Source: Antechinus flavipes (lineage: Eukaryota). Taken from it: 64,000 nucleotides of DNA. Location of the stretch: positions 295,864,001 through 295,928,000 of the forward strand of contig NC_067402.1 of the NCBI RefSeq assembly GCF_016432865.1, given 5' to 3'. Of the stretch, positions 62,710-64,000 are shown in pieces. Numbering within the stretch: position 1 is the stretch's first letter; the number at the start of each line of letters is the position of its first letter. The notes below the pieces were generated by a model. The model was not told where the DNA came from. It saw nothing but the letters and a program-made list of their open reading frames with translations, and did not search any database. Made by a program: the position numbers and the translations under genes.

Positions 62710-64000
62710 CTGGGGAGAAAGTCAATAAAAAGCATGATCTGGGAGAGCCCAGTGGTCCAAGTGGAGGGAGGTCCCTGGGAGCACAAAGACCGAGGCCGAC
62801 CCTGCCTGGCCACCTTCTTCTTTCAGAGCCTGCTAGGCGGCCCCGGCCCCATCCTCACCCTGGGCCTCTTGCCCGATGGCTTCTTCACTGCTGCCTCCCG
62901 CTGACCCTGCAGGACCACTCCTGGGTGGCCACGGTGGGCTCTGGGCCCCTGACACTCGGGTCCTACAGGGAGTGGTGTCACTAAGCCACCTCGGGAGCCC
63001 CTAGACCTCGCTGTCCCCAAACTGCTTCTGGTGGCTCGGGACAACGGACCTCGAGGGGCCGCCAAGAGGCTTCCTGCGGTTTCCCTGTCTCCACTTCTGT
63101 CCTTGGTACTGGCGCCGAGGCTCAGGACACCGAGGGCCCAGCCCCGGGCGCGAGCCCCAGCCGCCTCCACGTCACCGGAGGCGGGCGCACTGACCGAGGT
63201 TTTCCTCACGGCCGCGGCCTCCCCTCGGCCAGCCTTGTAGGCCCCTTCCAGAGCGAGGCCGGGGACCCCGAGGCGTCGGGTCTGGCTCAGAACGGGCCAG
63301 GGTGACAGGTTGGCAGTGCAGCCCTTCCCCTCAAGGGCCATCTTCATGCTCGTGCGACTGGAGATGTGTGTAGGTACCATCACCACCAAGAGAAGCCACA
63401 TCAATGAACTGGGGACGTGCACGAGGGGAGGCAGCAAAGGTGTGAGTCTCGAGAACGGGACAGACTGGGCAAGGAGCCCGACAAGACGGGGCCACCCAGA
63501 TGCCAGACGGGTTTCCGGGCTGTGGCTCTCGGGGGGTCTACAGAGGTCCGGCTTGTGGCCAATCGAGTGCGCCGCCCAGGCCCGCCGCTGTGAGCTTAGA
63601 CCCAAATGGGGAGGGAGAAAACCGCCTCAGAGAAGAGCTGAAACCGGCGAGAGCAGCAGCAGAGACGGCTGGACGTCCCGGGAGAGGAACTTCAGCAGAG
63701 GCCGGGAAGGAGGCCCAGGGCGCTCAGCTGCGGGTCACGCGCCCTCAGCCGGGAAAGCCGACCTCTGTGGTGGGAGGAGGCCGTGGCCGGACGGGACAGA
63801 GATCAAGGAGGAATTCACAGGAGAGCCCGTTTGAGAGAAGCTCAGTGGAGACAAGAAACAGGAGAGGAGGCTAGAGACCACCTGGACAGAAAGAAAGGAA
63901 CGAGGATTTCTGGAAAAACACCCCAAGCCTATCCTGAAGGTCGGTGCCCATGGGGACGGGGACTTCCCCCACTCTCGCGCCTTGGCGGCTGCGTGGACGC

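Noticed and set aside
62823-63834. 260-aa and 174-aa ORFs in the NUP50 intron
   Set aside because: No NUP50-like or other recognisable peptide; the expected preceding NUP50 exon was not found before 64000.

Overview
This is mammalian, GC-rich, intron-containing genomic DNA. It is probably from a dasyurid marsupial, inferred from WSINE1/MAR-like SINEs, marsupial-type L1 3' ends and an RTE LINE. The window reproduces the human 22q13.31 gene block in reverse orientation. FAM118A (minus) has 8 coding exons and 359 aa (SIR2-like domain). UPK3A (minus) has 6 exons and 287 aa (uroplakin-3a). KIAA0930 (plus) has 10 exons, giving about 402 aa, or about 446 aa from an upstream in-frame ATG. The last two coding exons of NUP50 (minus) are at the right end. 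All exons were placed by hand with GT/AG boundaries and consistent phases; protein identities come from recalled human orthologue sequences, not a database search. Between and within genes are L1, L2, MIR, SINE and RTE fragments, about seven solo LTRs and about 14 tandem-repeat arrays, the largest a 2.5-kb array of a 38-39-bp unit. Most long ORFs in the supplied track are artefacts of GC-rich or repetitive DNA. I see no prokaryotic system (no CRISPR, operon, rRNA or tRNA) and cannot demonstrate a new biological system. The best leads are five. (1) A sense-oriented LTR with intact TATA but disabled poly(A) signal just upstream of the FAM118A promoter. (2) Three related minisatellites, probably SINE-derived, spread over 33 kb. 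(3) An orphan CpG-rich region with strong splice signals at 33-36 kb. (4) An N-terminal extension plus an overlapping alternative-frame ORF in KIAA0930. (5) Loss of the UPK3A T244 phosphosite.
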